64,000 nucleotides of DNA from a virus, in the IMG/VR virus record IMGVR_UViG_3300027503_000009, one strand, 5' to 3'. This document shows positions 7,448 to 16,892 of this stretch, one piece after another; position 1 is the first letter of the stretch, and each line of letters opens with the position of its first letter. The position numbers and the translations under genes are program-made. The notes beneath the pieces are model-generated. The model saw nothing but the letters and a program-made list of their open reading frames with translations. It had not been told where the DNA came from and ran no database searches.

Positions 7448-7480
7448 AAAAGCACAGTGTAAAACTGTGCTTTTTATTTT
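7448..7480 (+). terminator. Hairpin/terminator upstream of phoH
   Basis: AAAAGCACAGT-GTAAA-ACTGTGCTTTT then TATTTT. Confidence 0.65.
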
Positions 7481-7502
7481 TAGCCCTAACATTAGGAGAT
7501 CT

Positions 7503-8237
7503 ATGTCACAGAATAAGAAAAGAAGAAATAACGCAGAACCTGTTGAAAAATCTACATCATTACAAGGTTTAAGAATTCAAAACATCACTCCAAAAACACA
7601 AGCTCAACAAGATGTATTTGATGCGTTTAATGAAGGTTATCATCTGTTTTTACATGGTGTAGCAGGTACAGGTAAAACCTTTATTTCTTTATATCTAGCC
7701 TTAAAAACAATTCTTACTTCAAAAGAATATAAAAAGATTGTTATTATTCGTTCAGCAGTTCCATCCAGAGATATTGGATTCTTACCTGGAACAGCAAAAG
7801 AAAAAATGATGATGTATGAAATGCCTTATCAAGTTATTTGCAATACCTTATTCCAACGTGGTGATGCTTATGATATTCTAAAAGGAAAAGGTACAATTGA
7901 ATTTGTTTCTACCTCATTTTTAAGAGGCATCACCTTAAATGATGCAATTGTTATTGCAGATGAAGCCCAAAATTATACATTTGCTGAAGCTGATACACTA
8001 ATCAGCAGAGTTGGTCCAAATTGTAAGATTATTTTCTGTGGTGATATTGACCAAACAGATTTAATTAAGAGTAGAAATGATTTAACTGGACTTCCAAAAT
8101 TCATGAACATCATTGACAATATGGAAATTTTTGACTTCATTGAATTCCAAACTGATGATATTGTTAGAAGCTCTTTAGTTAAAGACTATATAATACAGAA
8201 GAAGAAATTAGGATACGGTTCAGCTTTTGAAGGATAA
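7503..8237 (+). CDS. phoH: PhoH-family protein (ATG 7503 after AGGAG)
   Basis: GVAGTGKT, RDIGFLPG, FLRGITL, DEAQN, GDIDQTD, DIVRS. Confidence 0.92.
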   Translation: MSQNKKRRNNAEPVEKSTSLQGLRIQNITPKTQAQQDVFDAFNEGYHLFLHGVAGTGKTFISLYLALKTILTSKEYKKIVIIRSAVPSRDIGFLPGTAKEKMMMYEMPYQVICNTLFQRGDAYDILKGKGTIEFVSTSFLRGITLNDAIVIADEAQNYTFAEADTLISRVGPNCKIIFCGDIDQTDLIKSRNDLTGLPKFMNIIDNMEIFDFIEFQTDDIVRSSLVKDYIIQKKKLGYGSAFEG

Positions 8238-8240
8238 AAT

Positions 8241-8260
8241 GGGGGGAGAAATCCCCCCTT
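8241..8260 (+). terminator. GC hairpin after phoH
   Basis: GGGGGGA-GAAA-TCCCCCC; weak U tract. Confidence 0.6.
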
Positions 8261-8266
8261 AAAATT

Positions 8267-8923
8267 ATGAAAACACAAAAAACATTTACCCATAAATTTA
8301 TATCATTACCACAAATTGAAGAAACAACAATAAACGAAAAAAGACATTATAAAACACCAGAAGGTAAATTTTACCCATCTGTCACAACAGTATTGTCTTC
8401 AGTTGAAAAAAGTGGAATTGAAGAATGGAAAAAACGTGTAGGTGAAGAGGAAGCAGCTAGAGTTTTAAAAAGAGCTAATGAACGTGGTACCTTGATTCAT
8501 GGTATGGCTGAACAATACCTCTTAAATCGCCCTATAAGCCCCAACATGACGTTTTTACAGCTTAAACCATATCTGGATATGGTAAACAACGTTTATGGCC
8601 TAGAAGTGCCATTATATAGCGATTATTTGCAGATTGCTGGACGTACAGACTGTATTGCAGATTATAGTGGAAAACCTTCTATTATCGACTTCAAGACTAG
8701 TAGAAGAATAAAGGAAAAAGATGATATTATGAATTATTTCCTTCAGGCATCATGCTACAGCTATATGTTTGAAGAAAGAACAGGAATTAAGATTCCTCAG
8801 ATTGTTATTTTAATTGCAGATGATTATGGTGGAACAATACCATACATAGAAAAAAGGAGCAACTATCGTGAGAAGTTGCTCCAGGTTATTCTTAATTTTA
8901 GACAATCTGTGAAAAGTTCTTAA
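8267..8923 (+). CDS. PD-(D/E)XK (Cas4/RecB-like) exonuclease
   Basis: YPSVTTVL, RGTLIH, E, AGRTD, IIDFKTS, Q..CY motifs. Confidence 0.85.
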   Translation: MKTQKTFTHKFISLPQIEETTINEKRHYKTPEGKFYPSVTTVLSSVEKSGIEEWKKRVGEEEAARVLKRANERGTLIHGMAEQYLLNRPISPNMTFLQLKPYLDMVNNVYGLEVPLYSDYLQIAGRTDCIADYSGKPSIIDFKTSRRIKEKDDIMNYFLQASCYSYMFEERTGIKIPQIVILIADDYGGTIPYIEKRSNYREKLLQVILNFRQSVKSS

Positions 8924-10604
8924 CTTTTTGGAATCTAATTGAATTATTAAACTTATCTACAACTTGATCTTTATGTGATATGATGTAGATAGTCATTCCT
9001 TTTATACTCTTATTCAAGATTTTAAGGAAGTTTTCTGTTCCTTCAACATCAAGTGAACCATCAAGAATTTCATCAAATATCAATAAATTGGTATTGGTGG
9101 AATTCTTTTTCTTTGCTATTTCTCTAAAAGCAAACAGAATTGCAAGATCAATCTTATTCTTTTCACCTTCAGAGAATGATTCATAACTAAAATCATCTCT
9201 ACCTCTTGATTTCATTTTTTCTTTGAAGTTCTCATCAAACTCAAACGAAATAAAGAAATCAAGCATATCCAAATATTGGTTAATTAGCTTGTTAATAACT
9301 GGAATATAATTGTTGATAATTTTAGTTTTAATCCCGCTATCTTTCAGCATCTCACCAATCACATGGTAATAACTTTCATCTTCCCTTAACTTAATCAGTG
9401 TTTTTAAACAATCTTCAAGTTCAGTTTTAGTTTCTTCCAATTCTTCTTTTTTGAATGGTTGCTCTTTTTCTATTTTGATACTGTCCAAGTCAACTGTAAG
9501 TTTTGAGTTATATTCATTTAATGCTAAAATATAACTAGATTGTTCTCTTATGTCATCATTTAATTGTGTTAATACTTCTGCATATTCAGTTAATTCTTTT
9601 ATCTTTAGTTCAATTTTATTGAATTCAGAAGTAGCTTCTTTGAATCCATCATACATTTCCTTCAACTTTTGATTTTTAGTTTCTTGTATTTCTTTTTTGA
9701 AATCTTCATCAATAACTTGAGAACAAGTTGGACAAGATGTATTCTTATCAAAGAATGATATATCGGACTTGATTTTTAGAATATTCTGTTCTAACTTAGC
9801 AATAATAGTTTGAAAATCTCTTGACTTTTTATCTAAAGACTTTAATGGATTCAATTTCTTTTTGTATTCTGTTATCTTTTCTTTTAATTTCAGAATATTT
9901 TCTTCATGTTCTGAAATTTTACTATTATTTTTATCTAAAGTATTTTTTAATTCTTGTAACTTCTTCTCACTGTTTTCTTCAAGTTCATTTATATGCTTTT
10001 GAACAATTCTAACTCTTTCTTTTAAGATTTCAGATTGTGTTAGATAAACATTTGTTTCGGAAACTAACTCAGACATCCTAGATTTTAAAGCAACATTCAT
10101 TGAAGAAAATATTTGAATATCAAGTAAGTCTTCAATAATAAATCTTCTATCAGCAGCAGATAATTGCATAAAAGGAACATAGTTTCCAGAACCAAGAATA
10201 ACTACTTGAATAAAAGATTTATAATTAACATTTAAAATTTGTTCTTCTAAGAAAGATTGATAATCTTTTGAATCAGCAGACTGTTCAATTAATCTATTTT
10301 TATCATAAATTTCAAAGATGTTTGGTTTTAAACCACGAACAACTTTATATTTGTTGTTGTTAACCACAAATTCAATTTCAACAACACAATCTTTCTGGTT
10401 GATGGAATTTACTAATTGTGGTTTGTTAATCTTTCTAAATGGCTTACCAAATAAACCAAAGGTAATAGCATCTAGGAGAGTTGATTTACCTGAACCATTA
10501 ACACCAACAATCAACCATGTTTTCTTTGTGTTTAAATCAATTTCAGTAAAATTATTACCTGTAGATAAGAAGTTCTTCCATCTTACTGTTTCAAATTTTA
10601 TCAT
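8898..10604 (-). CDS. gp46: Recombination endonuclease ATPase subunit (Rad50/SbcC-like)
   Basis: GVNGSGKST, CPTC zinc hook, FSEGE signature, IFDE. Confidence 0.95.
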   Translation of the reverse strand: MIKFETVRWKNFLSTGNNFTEIDLNTKKTWLIVGVNGSGKSTLLDAITFGLFGKPFRKINKPQLVNSINQKDCVVEIEFVVNNNKYKVVRGLKPNIFEIYDKNRLIEQSADSKDYQSFLEEQILNVNYKSFIQVVILGSGNYVPFMQLSAADRRFIIEDLLDIQIFSSMNVALKSRMSELVSETNVYLTQSEILKERVRIVQKHINELEENSEKKLQELKNTLDKNNSKISEHEENILKLKEKITEYKKKLNPLKSLDKKSRDFQTIIAKLEQNILKIKSDISFFDKNTSCPTCSQVIDEDFKKEIQETKNQKLKEMYDGFKEATSEFNKIELKIKELTEYAEVLTQLNDDIREQSSYILALNEYNSKLTVDLDSIKIEKEQPFKKEELEETKTELEDCLKTLIKLREDESYYHVIGEMLKDSGIKTKIINNYIPVINKLINQYLDMLDFFISFEFDENFKEKMKSRGRDDFSYESFSEGEKNKIDLAILFAFREIAKKKNSTNTNLLIFDEILDGSLDVEGTENFLKILNKSIKGMTIYIISHKDQVVDKFNNSIRFQKVKNFSQIV

Positions 10605-11662
10605 TCTTTTTCCTCAACTGTAGCATCAAGATATATTTCTTTTAGTAAATTTTTTAGTCTGTTTTTATCCATATCCAAAACTAAATCATCTACATAAGCA
10701 TTTAAAATGGTTAAAGTGTCTTCTGACATCTTAACTTCAACTGTATTATTTTCTAGTTCTATTTTCTTTTCTTCAACAACAGTAACATCTAATGGAGTAA
10801 CTGCATAAATTGAATCTAAGAATGTACTAAACTTCTTTGGATTAATTGCTTCACCGACAATAACCTTAACATAAGAAGAAGCAAACTTATTAAAGTATTC
10901 CTTACTGTATGTATTACCTTCAACATAAACTGCTCTATAGAACATTCTATGAGGATTTACAATATATTTTAATTCATTAGTTTGAACATCCAGTACATGA
11001 AAACCTTTTTCTTCACCACAATCAGCAAAAGTCATCTCATATGGAGTTCCAAGATATGATATATTTCCATGAGAATTTTTTGTGTGAAAGTGTCCAGTGT
11101 AAACCATTTCAAATTTTTTATAAACATCTTTATCTTCTCCATGTTCACAAATTGCACCTTTGTGCATTTCATAACCAGAAATTTCAAGATGTCCAAAAGC
11201 AATTTTACATTTGGTTTTATTTATAACTTCATATGATTGTTGACCATTATCAGAAGTTAACCAAGGAATAAAAAGAAAATCTTTTCCTTTAATGTTAACT
11301 TCTGAAGCAACACCATCATAAATGTGAATGTTATCATATTCTTTTAATAATCCACTAACAGAATTGACTGTATTGGTATTTTTATAATAAACATCATGAT
11401 TACCAACACAAACAAACATCTCAATTCCATACTCTCTTAACTTATCAAAAAAGTGTTCTTTAAAGAAATTTAGTGTATGGAAATTGATATATTTACGCCT
11501 ATCCCAAACATCCCCCATATGAATAAGTACATCAATATTGTTTTCTAGTAAATAAGGAAAGAAAATGTCCTCAAAGAACATTTTCATATTTTTCATGAAA
11601 TATATGTTGTCATTACGGACACCAAAGTGAGTGTCCGTAATGATTGCTATTTTTTTATTCAT
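10601..11662 (-). CDS. gp47: Recombination endonuclease nuclease subunit (Mre11/SbcD-like)
   Basis: DTHFG, GDVWD, GNHD, GHFH. Confidence 0.95.
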   Translation of the reverse strand: MNKKIAIITDTHFGVRNDNIYFMKNMKMFFEDIFFPYLLENNIDVLIHMGDVWDRRKYINFHTLNFFKEHFFDKLREYGIEMFVCVGNHDVYYKNTNTVNSVSGLLKEYDNIHIYDGVASEVNIKGKDFLFIPWLTSDNGQQSYEVINKTKCKIAFGHLEISGYEMHKGAICEHGEDKDVYKKFEMVYTGHFHTKNSHGNISYLGTPYEMTFADCGEEKGFHVLDVQTNELKYIVNPHRMFYRAVYVEGNTYSKEYFNKFASSYVKVIVGEAINPKKFSTFLDSIYAVTPLDVTVVEEKKIELENNTVEVKMSEDTLTILNAYVDDLVLDMDKNRLKNLLKEIYLDATVEEKE

Positions 11663-12032
11663 TATAAAGTTCCCAATCTTTGTAAATAATTATTTTCCCT
11701 TTCCCCAACATTCTAAAATAATGTGCTGTTAAATTATATTTTTCAGCCATGTATATTGCATCAGCATTTAGTTCTATTATATTAGAAACTATGTTTATAA
11801 AATTATATTTTGGTGAATTTTTACGTCTATTTGTATTTGCTATCCTAGCACCCTTACCATAATCTGGATGATTTGGATTATTAACACTATTTGGATTATT
11901 TGGATCTGCTGCTTTTTTTCTACCAACTAAAAATTTTGAATGGTTTGGATCATTTATTGTCATAATATTATTTCTAGACACCTCCTTCATTTTATTAATA
12001 TATGAAAAATCACTTTTTCTTTTATTCTCCAT
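11655..12032 (-). CDS. Hypothetical basic protein, possible homing-endonuclease DNA-binding remnant
   Basis: NPNH repeats, NHPDYGK (NUMOD-like); no HNH or GIY-YIG core seen. Confidence 0.45.
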   Translation of the reverse strand: MENKRKSDFSYINKMKEVSRNNIMTINDPNHSKFLVGRKKAADPNNPNSVNNPNHPDYGKGARIANTNRRKNSPKYNFINIVSNIIELNADAIYMAEKYNLTAHYFRMLGKGKIIIYKDWELYNE

Positions 12033-12062
12033 AGTAATTAAAGCTTTATTTTCGTCGCTCAG

Positions 12063-12605
12063 CTAATCGAAGATTGCTCCCAAATTAAGTTCTTTATGCT
12101 TAGTAGTTTTTTTCTTCTTGTTAGTTTCTTTTTGTTCAAAATTTTTGATAATATCACCGATATTTTCTTGCATATAACCAATATAATTATTAGTATATTC
12201 TTTATTGTCGTGATCTTGTCTATCTAAACCAATCACTTCCATTTTTTCTAATAACTTACATTTAATGTAAGATTGTTTGCTTTCTTTTTCTATTCTTCTT
12301 AGGAAAGCATAGTAAATTATTTGTGTTAAATATGCGAATGGATTTTTTGATTTGTCTGGATCGAAGTTATCAATATACATCAAACAATTTTCAATAGCAT
12401 CACCAACCATGTCATCTTTAAATGTATAATTAATAAAATTTGGTTTGTATGACAAATGTTCACTGATTAATAAAATACACTCACCAACATACTCTGGAAT
12501 TTTTGGTTTCTGTTCATTATTTTCCTGAGCTTTTAAAACTTGTTCTTTGTATTCAACAAGTGATTCTAAAAGTTTAGTATTGTCAACATAATGTTTTCTT
12601 TTCAT
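12063..12605 (-). CDS. gp55: Late transcription sigma factor
   Basis: HYVDN, KPNFINYTF.DDMVGD, NFDP.KS.NPFAY.TQI.YYAFLRRI.KE. Confidence 0.95.
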   Translation of the reverse strand: MKRKHYVDNTKLLESLVEYKEQVLKAQENNEQKPKIPEYVGECILLISEHLSYKPNFINYTFKDDMVGDAIENCLMYIDNFDPDKSKNPFAYLTQIIYYAFLRRIEKESKQSYIKCKLLEKMEVIGLDRQDHDNKEYTNNYIGYMQENIGDIIKNFEQKETNKKKKTTKHKELNLGAIFD

Positions 12606-12934
12606 TAGTGGATAACATCTCCTATTGTATCGTTTAATTCTTCAAATTCATCGTCCATTTCATTATTAATAGTCTTAGTATAAAAACTCATAATTTTAGA
12701 TGAAGGTATTGTATAAGCAACTATATGTTGTGTTGATAAAAATATTGCTTGATCTTCGTCTGTATATAAAAACCAAGGGGAGAACCCAATATTCATATCT
12801 CCTCTCTCATTAACCATCTGTAGAATCTTATATGCATTTTTTATCATATAAGCTACTTTATTTTCAGACAATTGAATTTCTTCTAAATCACATACAACAT
12901 CTTCGCCATTTGTTAATTTAATTTGTTTAATCAT
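12605..12934 (-). CDS. Conserved T4-like hypothetical protein (Sm-like) between uvsW and gp55
   Basis: IKLTNGEDVV...PW pattern; acidic tail; synteny. Confidence 0.7.
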   Translation of the reverse strand: MIKQIKLTNGEDVVCDLEEIQLSENKVAYMIKNAYKILQMVNERGDMNIGFSPWFLYTDEDQAIFLSTQHIVAYTIPSSKIMSFYTKTINNEMDDEFEELNDTIGDVIH

Positions 12935-14406
12935 AATTTTATTTGATAAATCTTGTGTTTAAATTTCTCCTCATTATATATTTTAACACGTTCAATGAAG
13001 TGTTGTAAAGTAAAATTTTTATGTTTTTTTAATGAAAAATCATCTGCGATATCATATAAAACTGCTGTTGTTTTGTTATGATTTTTTCTTAATGCTCTAC
13101 CTATACTTTGTAGATTTCTAATTCTAGACTTACTAGGTGATGCGAATATAACATTATGTAGATTCTTGATAGAAACACCAGTTGAGAATGTTCCATAAGA
13201 AGCAACAATAATTACATTATTATTTTCTTCAGAAACTTTTCTAACTTTTTCTCTATCTTCAGCAGAAATTTCACCAGAAACAAAGAATATTTTTTTATTT
13301 TTTGCTTTCTGTTTAATCATTTCAAATAATACTTTTCCATGTTTTTCAACAAGATTGAAAAGTAATAATGTATTACCTTCACAAGATGTAGTTAAATTAA
13401 CGAGGAAATTATTTCTACCTTTATGTGCTACAATATAATCAATTTCTTCGGAATACTTCATCTTTTTTACAATCTTACGTTCTTCCTCACTATATTCGAT
13501 GATGCAACAGTTAATATTAATGTCAGATATTTTTTTCTTTTCTATTAATTCTTTAGTTGTAATAACTTTTTCGACCGGACCAAACAAACCAGTTAAAACT
13601 AATTCGTGTGTCTTAGTTCCATTTAAAGTTCCTGTTGTTCCTACTCTAACACTTGCTTTTTCACATTTAAGTGTGATATCCTGAAGTGACTTGGCAGAAA
13701 ATAAATGACACTCATCACCAATAAGAACATCAAAATCTTTAAACCAATTTTTGTTTAATTTATAAATACTCTGCCATGTAGAAATAACAATATTTGAGTT
13801 GTTAATTTTCTCATGACCAGAGTAAATTTTATGACAATTTTTATCAGACCATTTAGGTGTTTTTGTATAACTCTGGAAATCTCCAGCCATTTGTTCAACA
13901 AGAGAAGTTGTTGGAACAATAATTAATATTTTTTTACCTAGCTGTTGATAATATCTTGTTATAAGATAAATGATTAATGATTTTCCACTAGAAGTTGGAG
14001 ACAACAATACACCACGATTATTGTTAACACAATGAATAAATGCGTTTAACTGATAATCATGTGGTGTTATGTCTGGAATATCTAAAGAGGCAACAAAATT
14101 TGTTGCCTCTTCTAGTGATATATTTTGTTTTGGTTTTAAATCTAAACTCTCTATTACTACTTTATAATCTCTTTTTTTGGCAAATTCTAAAACTTTTTTT
14201 AGAAGTCCTAAGTATATTTTCTTTTCATAAAGTGAAAATAATCTTATTTTACCATCCCATGTCTTCATTCTAAAAGCTGGCATAAATGTATGTCCAGGAA
14301 CAAGAAATGTAAAATGTTCATTTAATTCATACAAAATACCAGCTTCAGAATCTATTTTAATATAGTTTTCATTTAGTTTAGATATGTATAAAGTATTATC
14401 TTGCAT
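12931..14406 (-). CDS. uvsW: SF2 RNA-DNA/DNA helicase
   Basis: WDGKIRLF, PTSSGKS, DECH, TGT, QSIGRALR. Confidence 0.95.
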   Translation of the reverse strand: MQDNTLYISKLNENYIKIDSEAGILYELNEHFTFLVPGHTFMPAFRMKTWDGKIRLFSLYEKKIYLGLLKKVLEFAKKRDYKVVIESLDLKPKQNISLEEATNFVASLDIPDITPHDYQLNAFIHCVNNNRGVLLSPTSSGKSLIIYLITRYYQQLGKKILIIVPTTSLVEQMAGDFQSYTKTPKWSDKNCHKIYSGHEKINNSNIVISTWQSIYKLNKNWFKDFDVLIGDECHLFSAKSLQDITLKCEKASVRVGTTGTLNGTKTHELVLTGLFGPVEKVITTKELIEKKKISDININCCIIEYSEEERKIVKKMKYSEEIDYIVAHKGRNNFLVNLTTSCEGNTLLLFNLVEKHGKVLFEMIKQKAKNKKIFFVSGEISAEDREKVRKVSEENNNVIIVASYGTFSTGVSIKNLHNVIFASPSKSRIRNLQSIGRALRKNHNKTTAVLYDIADDFSLKKHKNFTLQHFIERVKIYNEEKFKHKIYQIKL

Positions 14407-14821
14407 TTAAAAATTTTTCATAATCAAGCATAATTCCAATCGCCTTATCTCTCCATTTAAATCTATCAACAACAGTTTCAAGTAAATTAAGAATTTTTTC
14501 TACTTCTTTTATTTCTTGATTAAGTTTTAAATACTCATCATCTGCTTCAACATAAGATTGGATCTGTGGTTTTCTTAATTTTAAAGAGAATGGTTTTTGT
14601 TTGTAAACTTCATTTGAGGCTTGACCACTATAATATTCTGTTAAATCGTTTTTAAGTTTCTTTTGTTTATCAAATAAATTATTTAATTCATCTTTGTATT
14701 TCAAATAAAGATCAATATATTTTATATGTCTCATAGCAGAATTATTTGGTTCATTTATCAAATCATCCATATAAATTTTATAATCTTTTTGAAAATTTTG
14801 TTTAATTTCTTCGTATGTCAT
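14396..14821 (-). CDS. uvsY: Recombination mediator protein
   Basis: YYSG.A..EVY...PF.LK...YVEAD; position next to uvsW. Confidence 0.8.
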   Translation of the reverse strand: MTYEEIKQNFQKDYKIYMDDLINEPNNSAMRHIKYIDLYLKYKDELNNLFDKQKKLKNDLTEYYSGQASNEVYKQKPFSLKLRKPQIQSYVEADDEYLKLNQEIKEVEKILNLLETVVDRFKWRDKAIGIMLDYEKFLNAR

Positions 14822-14850
14822 TCACAATCCTTAATTTAATTTAATAACAT

Positions 14851-14879
14851 ATTATAACATAAAGTTATAAGTTTGTCAA
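14851..14879 (-). promoter_or_regulatory. sigma70-type promoter for the uvsY-uvsW-gp55-gp47-gp46 operon
   Basis: TTGACA (14879-14874), 17-nt spacer, TATAAT (14856-14851). Confidence 0.8.
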
Positions 14880-15404
14880 CTAAATTTTAATAATTTCATA
14901 GTAAGTGTATGCAAAAGTTGCTGATGCTGTTTTGTAAGAACTATCATCTGTTACTGTTGTAAAAACAATTGAAGAAAGTGATACTGGAAATATATTTTTG
15001 AAGTTTATTTTTAAGTTGGGATTAGATGCGTTTGTTGTTATATGTAATGTTGCATCAGAATATAAACCATTAGATTTTATATTAGCTAGATTATCATACC
15101 AATCTTTGTCTAGGTAATCGCTCTGAGATATAATCCAATTCTGTAATTCTCTATAATTAGCTAAATCTTCATCAAGAATAAATTCAATAATTAATTCATC
15201 AAAATTTATTTTTGTTCCTGTGAATGGAATATTTCTTTTTGGTGTTGGGTATTCAGCAGCAGGAATAGAAATTCCTGGAATATTTGCAGTCTGACAAAAA
15301 TAATCAACATAATTTAATTTTGAAATGTCTAATTTAAATTTTGATGCAGATAATAAACTTAAATTATCTGGTTGTTTATAGAGTGGACCTAGTGTACTTG
15401 GCAT
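14880..15404 (-). CDS. gp3: Tail completion/tube terminator protein
   Basis: YFCQTANIPG, FILDEDLANY, SDATL, FPVSLS. Confidence 0.88.
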   Translation of the reverse strand: MPSTLGPLYKQPDNLSLLSASKFKLDISKLNYVDYFCQTANIPGISIPAAEYPTPKRNIPFTGTKINFDELIIEFILDEDLANYRELQNWIISQSDYLDKDWYDNLANIKSNGLYSDATLHITTNASNPNLKINFKNIFPVSLSSIVFTTVTDDSSYKTASATFAYTYYEIIKI

Positions 15405-15419
15405 AATATACCTCGAACA

Positions 15420-15427
15420 TATTTATA
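15420..15427 (-). promoter_or_regulatory. T4 late promoter (gp3)
   Basis: TATAAATA on minus strand. Confidence 0.75.
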
Positions 15428-15431
15428 AAAT

Positions 15432-15462
15432 AAAAAAAGGGGAGCTTTTGGCTCCCCTTTTT
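15432..15462 (-). terminator. Terminator after the major capsid gene
   Basis: AAAAAGGGGAGC-TTTTG-GCTCCCCTTTTT, bidirectional form. Confidence 0.85.
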
Positions 15463-15481
15463 CTTTGGTTTGTTACTAAGG

Positions 15482-16840
15482 TTATAGTAGGTTGTTTACC
15501 TTGACTAGTCTGTAGTAACCGTTTGACTGAGCAACAATTGCTGCGTTTGCAGAGAACTGTGCTGCGTTGTTTGCATAAGCTGCATTGAAGAATGGATTTG
15601 GTGCTAGACCATAACGTGTCTTGAATGCAATCTTTGGCTGGAAGCTGTTTGGATCGACTGCACGAACCATTTGTAGTGGAACATATGGGCAGTAGAAGAA
15701 TCCAGCGTCATAAGGTGAATTACCCTTATAACCAACCATCAATAGTTCTGATGTGGTTGCAGGAGTAATACCCTGTACACCACCAGCAGAAGTTGCTGGA
15801 CCAGAAATAAAGTATGGATCAACATAAACCTTGTAGCGACCATTTAGAACACCAGCGAAAGTATTACCAGTATCATCTACTGATAGATTTGCCTTCATTG
15901 CTGGAGCATAGTCTAGAACACCTGCCATAGCTAGGGCTGAAGCAACGTCTGATGAACAAACGATGAAGTTACCCTTTCCACGACGAGTATCCTTAGCAAT
16001 TGCATTAGCTTCACGTTCTACCTGGAATAGTAGACCCTTGAACTTTTCAACTGACCAACGACCATTTGAGTCAACGTCAAGATCGAATGTACCAGCAGTT
16101 GCTGTACCAGCTTGTGCGCCTGTACGAGCAATTGTGTATAGTGTACGAACGATTTCACGGTTGATTTCAGCTAGAATTTCGTTGCTTAGAATGTTTGATA
16201 GTTCACCTTCTGCATCAAGACCATGAACTGCCTTTAGATCTTGTGCAATTTCCATTGTGTATTCTGCTTTTAGCGCACGGGTCTTTGCTGAAACTGTAAC
16301 CTTGTCAATGGTGAATGCCATTTCCTTAAAGGATGGAGCACCACCACCAGTTCCTAGATTTTCAGCTTCTGCTGTTGTTAGTGGACGACCAGTTGCAAAG
16401 CCTGAATCAAATGGTGAATAACCAGCATGGCTGGTTGCACCAGTGTGGCTTCCTGCTTGCTGACCAGAGAAATCTGAATCAGCTTCTTGGAATAGAGCTT
16501 CGTTTCCGGTTTGGCTATCGTAACGTGCCTTCATAGCAAAGATTAGTCCTGTTGGACCTGTCATTGGCTGAACACCGCAGACATCATATGCCATTAGGTT
16601 TGGTAGTGTACGACGAACTAAAGAAATAAGAATTGGATCAAATGCACCAATTGCACCACCACCATAATTGTTTGTAGGTGCTGTTTCATTTAGTGTTTGA
16701 GCTTCTTGCTTTAGTGCTGATTCCTGATTTTCTAGAACAAGTGCTGTAACGGCTCTACGATACTTATCTTCGATCTTTGGAAGATCTGGATGATCGAGAA
16801 CTGCTCCCCACTTTTTCTGTAAGTTTTCAGTTAAATACAT
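15482..16840 (-). CDS. gp23: Major capsid protein
   Basis: CGVQPMTGPTGLIFAM, RALKAEYT.E.AQDLKAVHGLDAE, FYCPYVPLQM, FKTRYG. Confidence 0.98.
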   Translation of the reverse strand: MYLTENLQKKWGAVLDHPDLPKIEDKYRRAVTALVLENQESALKQEAQTLNETAPTNNYGGGAIGAFDPILISLVRRTLPNLMAYDVCGVQPMTGPTGLIFAMKARYDSQTGNEALFQEADSDFSGQQAGSHTGATSHAGYSPFDSGFATGRPLTTAEAENLGTGGGAPSFKEMAFTIDKVTVSAKTRALKAEYTMEIAQDLKAVHGLDAEGELSNILSNEILAEINREIVRTLYTIARTGAQAGTATAGTFDLDVDSNGRWSVEKFKGLLFQVEREANAIAKDTRRGKGNFIVCSSDVASALAMAGVLDYAPAMKANLSVDDTGNTFAGVLNGRYKVYVDPYFISGPATSAGGVQGITPATTSELLMVGYKGNSPYDAGFFYCPYVPLQMVRAVDPNSFQPKIAFKTRYGLAPNPFFNAAYANNAAQFSANAAIVAQSNGYYRLVKVNNLL

Positions 16841-16872
16841 TTAGTTTTTCTCCTTGAAATAGGGTTCTTTTA

Positions 16873-16880
16873 TATTTATA
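16873..16880 (-). promoter_or_regulatory. T4 late promoter (gp23)
   Basis: TATAAATA on minus strand. Confidence 0.8.
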
Positions 16881-16892
16881 AAAATTTAAATT

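Noticed and set aside
8267-8923. Cas4 as part of a CRISPR system
   Set aside because: No Fe-S cysteine cluster, no array and no other cas genes; a common solo phage exonuclease
1510-15404. Genome-wide TAG recoding
   Set aside because: TAG ends several full-length genes (cd, rnlA, hydrolase, FmdB-like, gp3) and core genes are unbroken in the standard code
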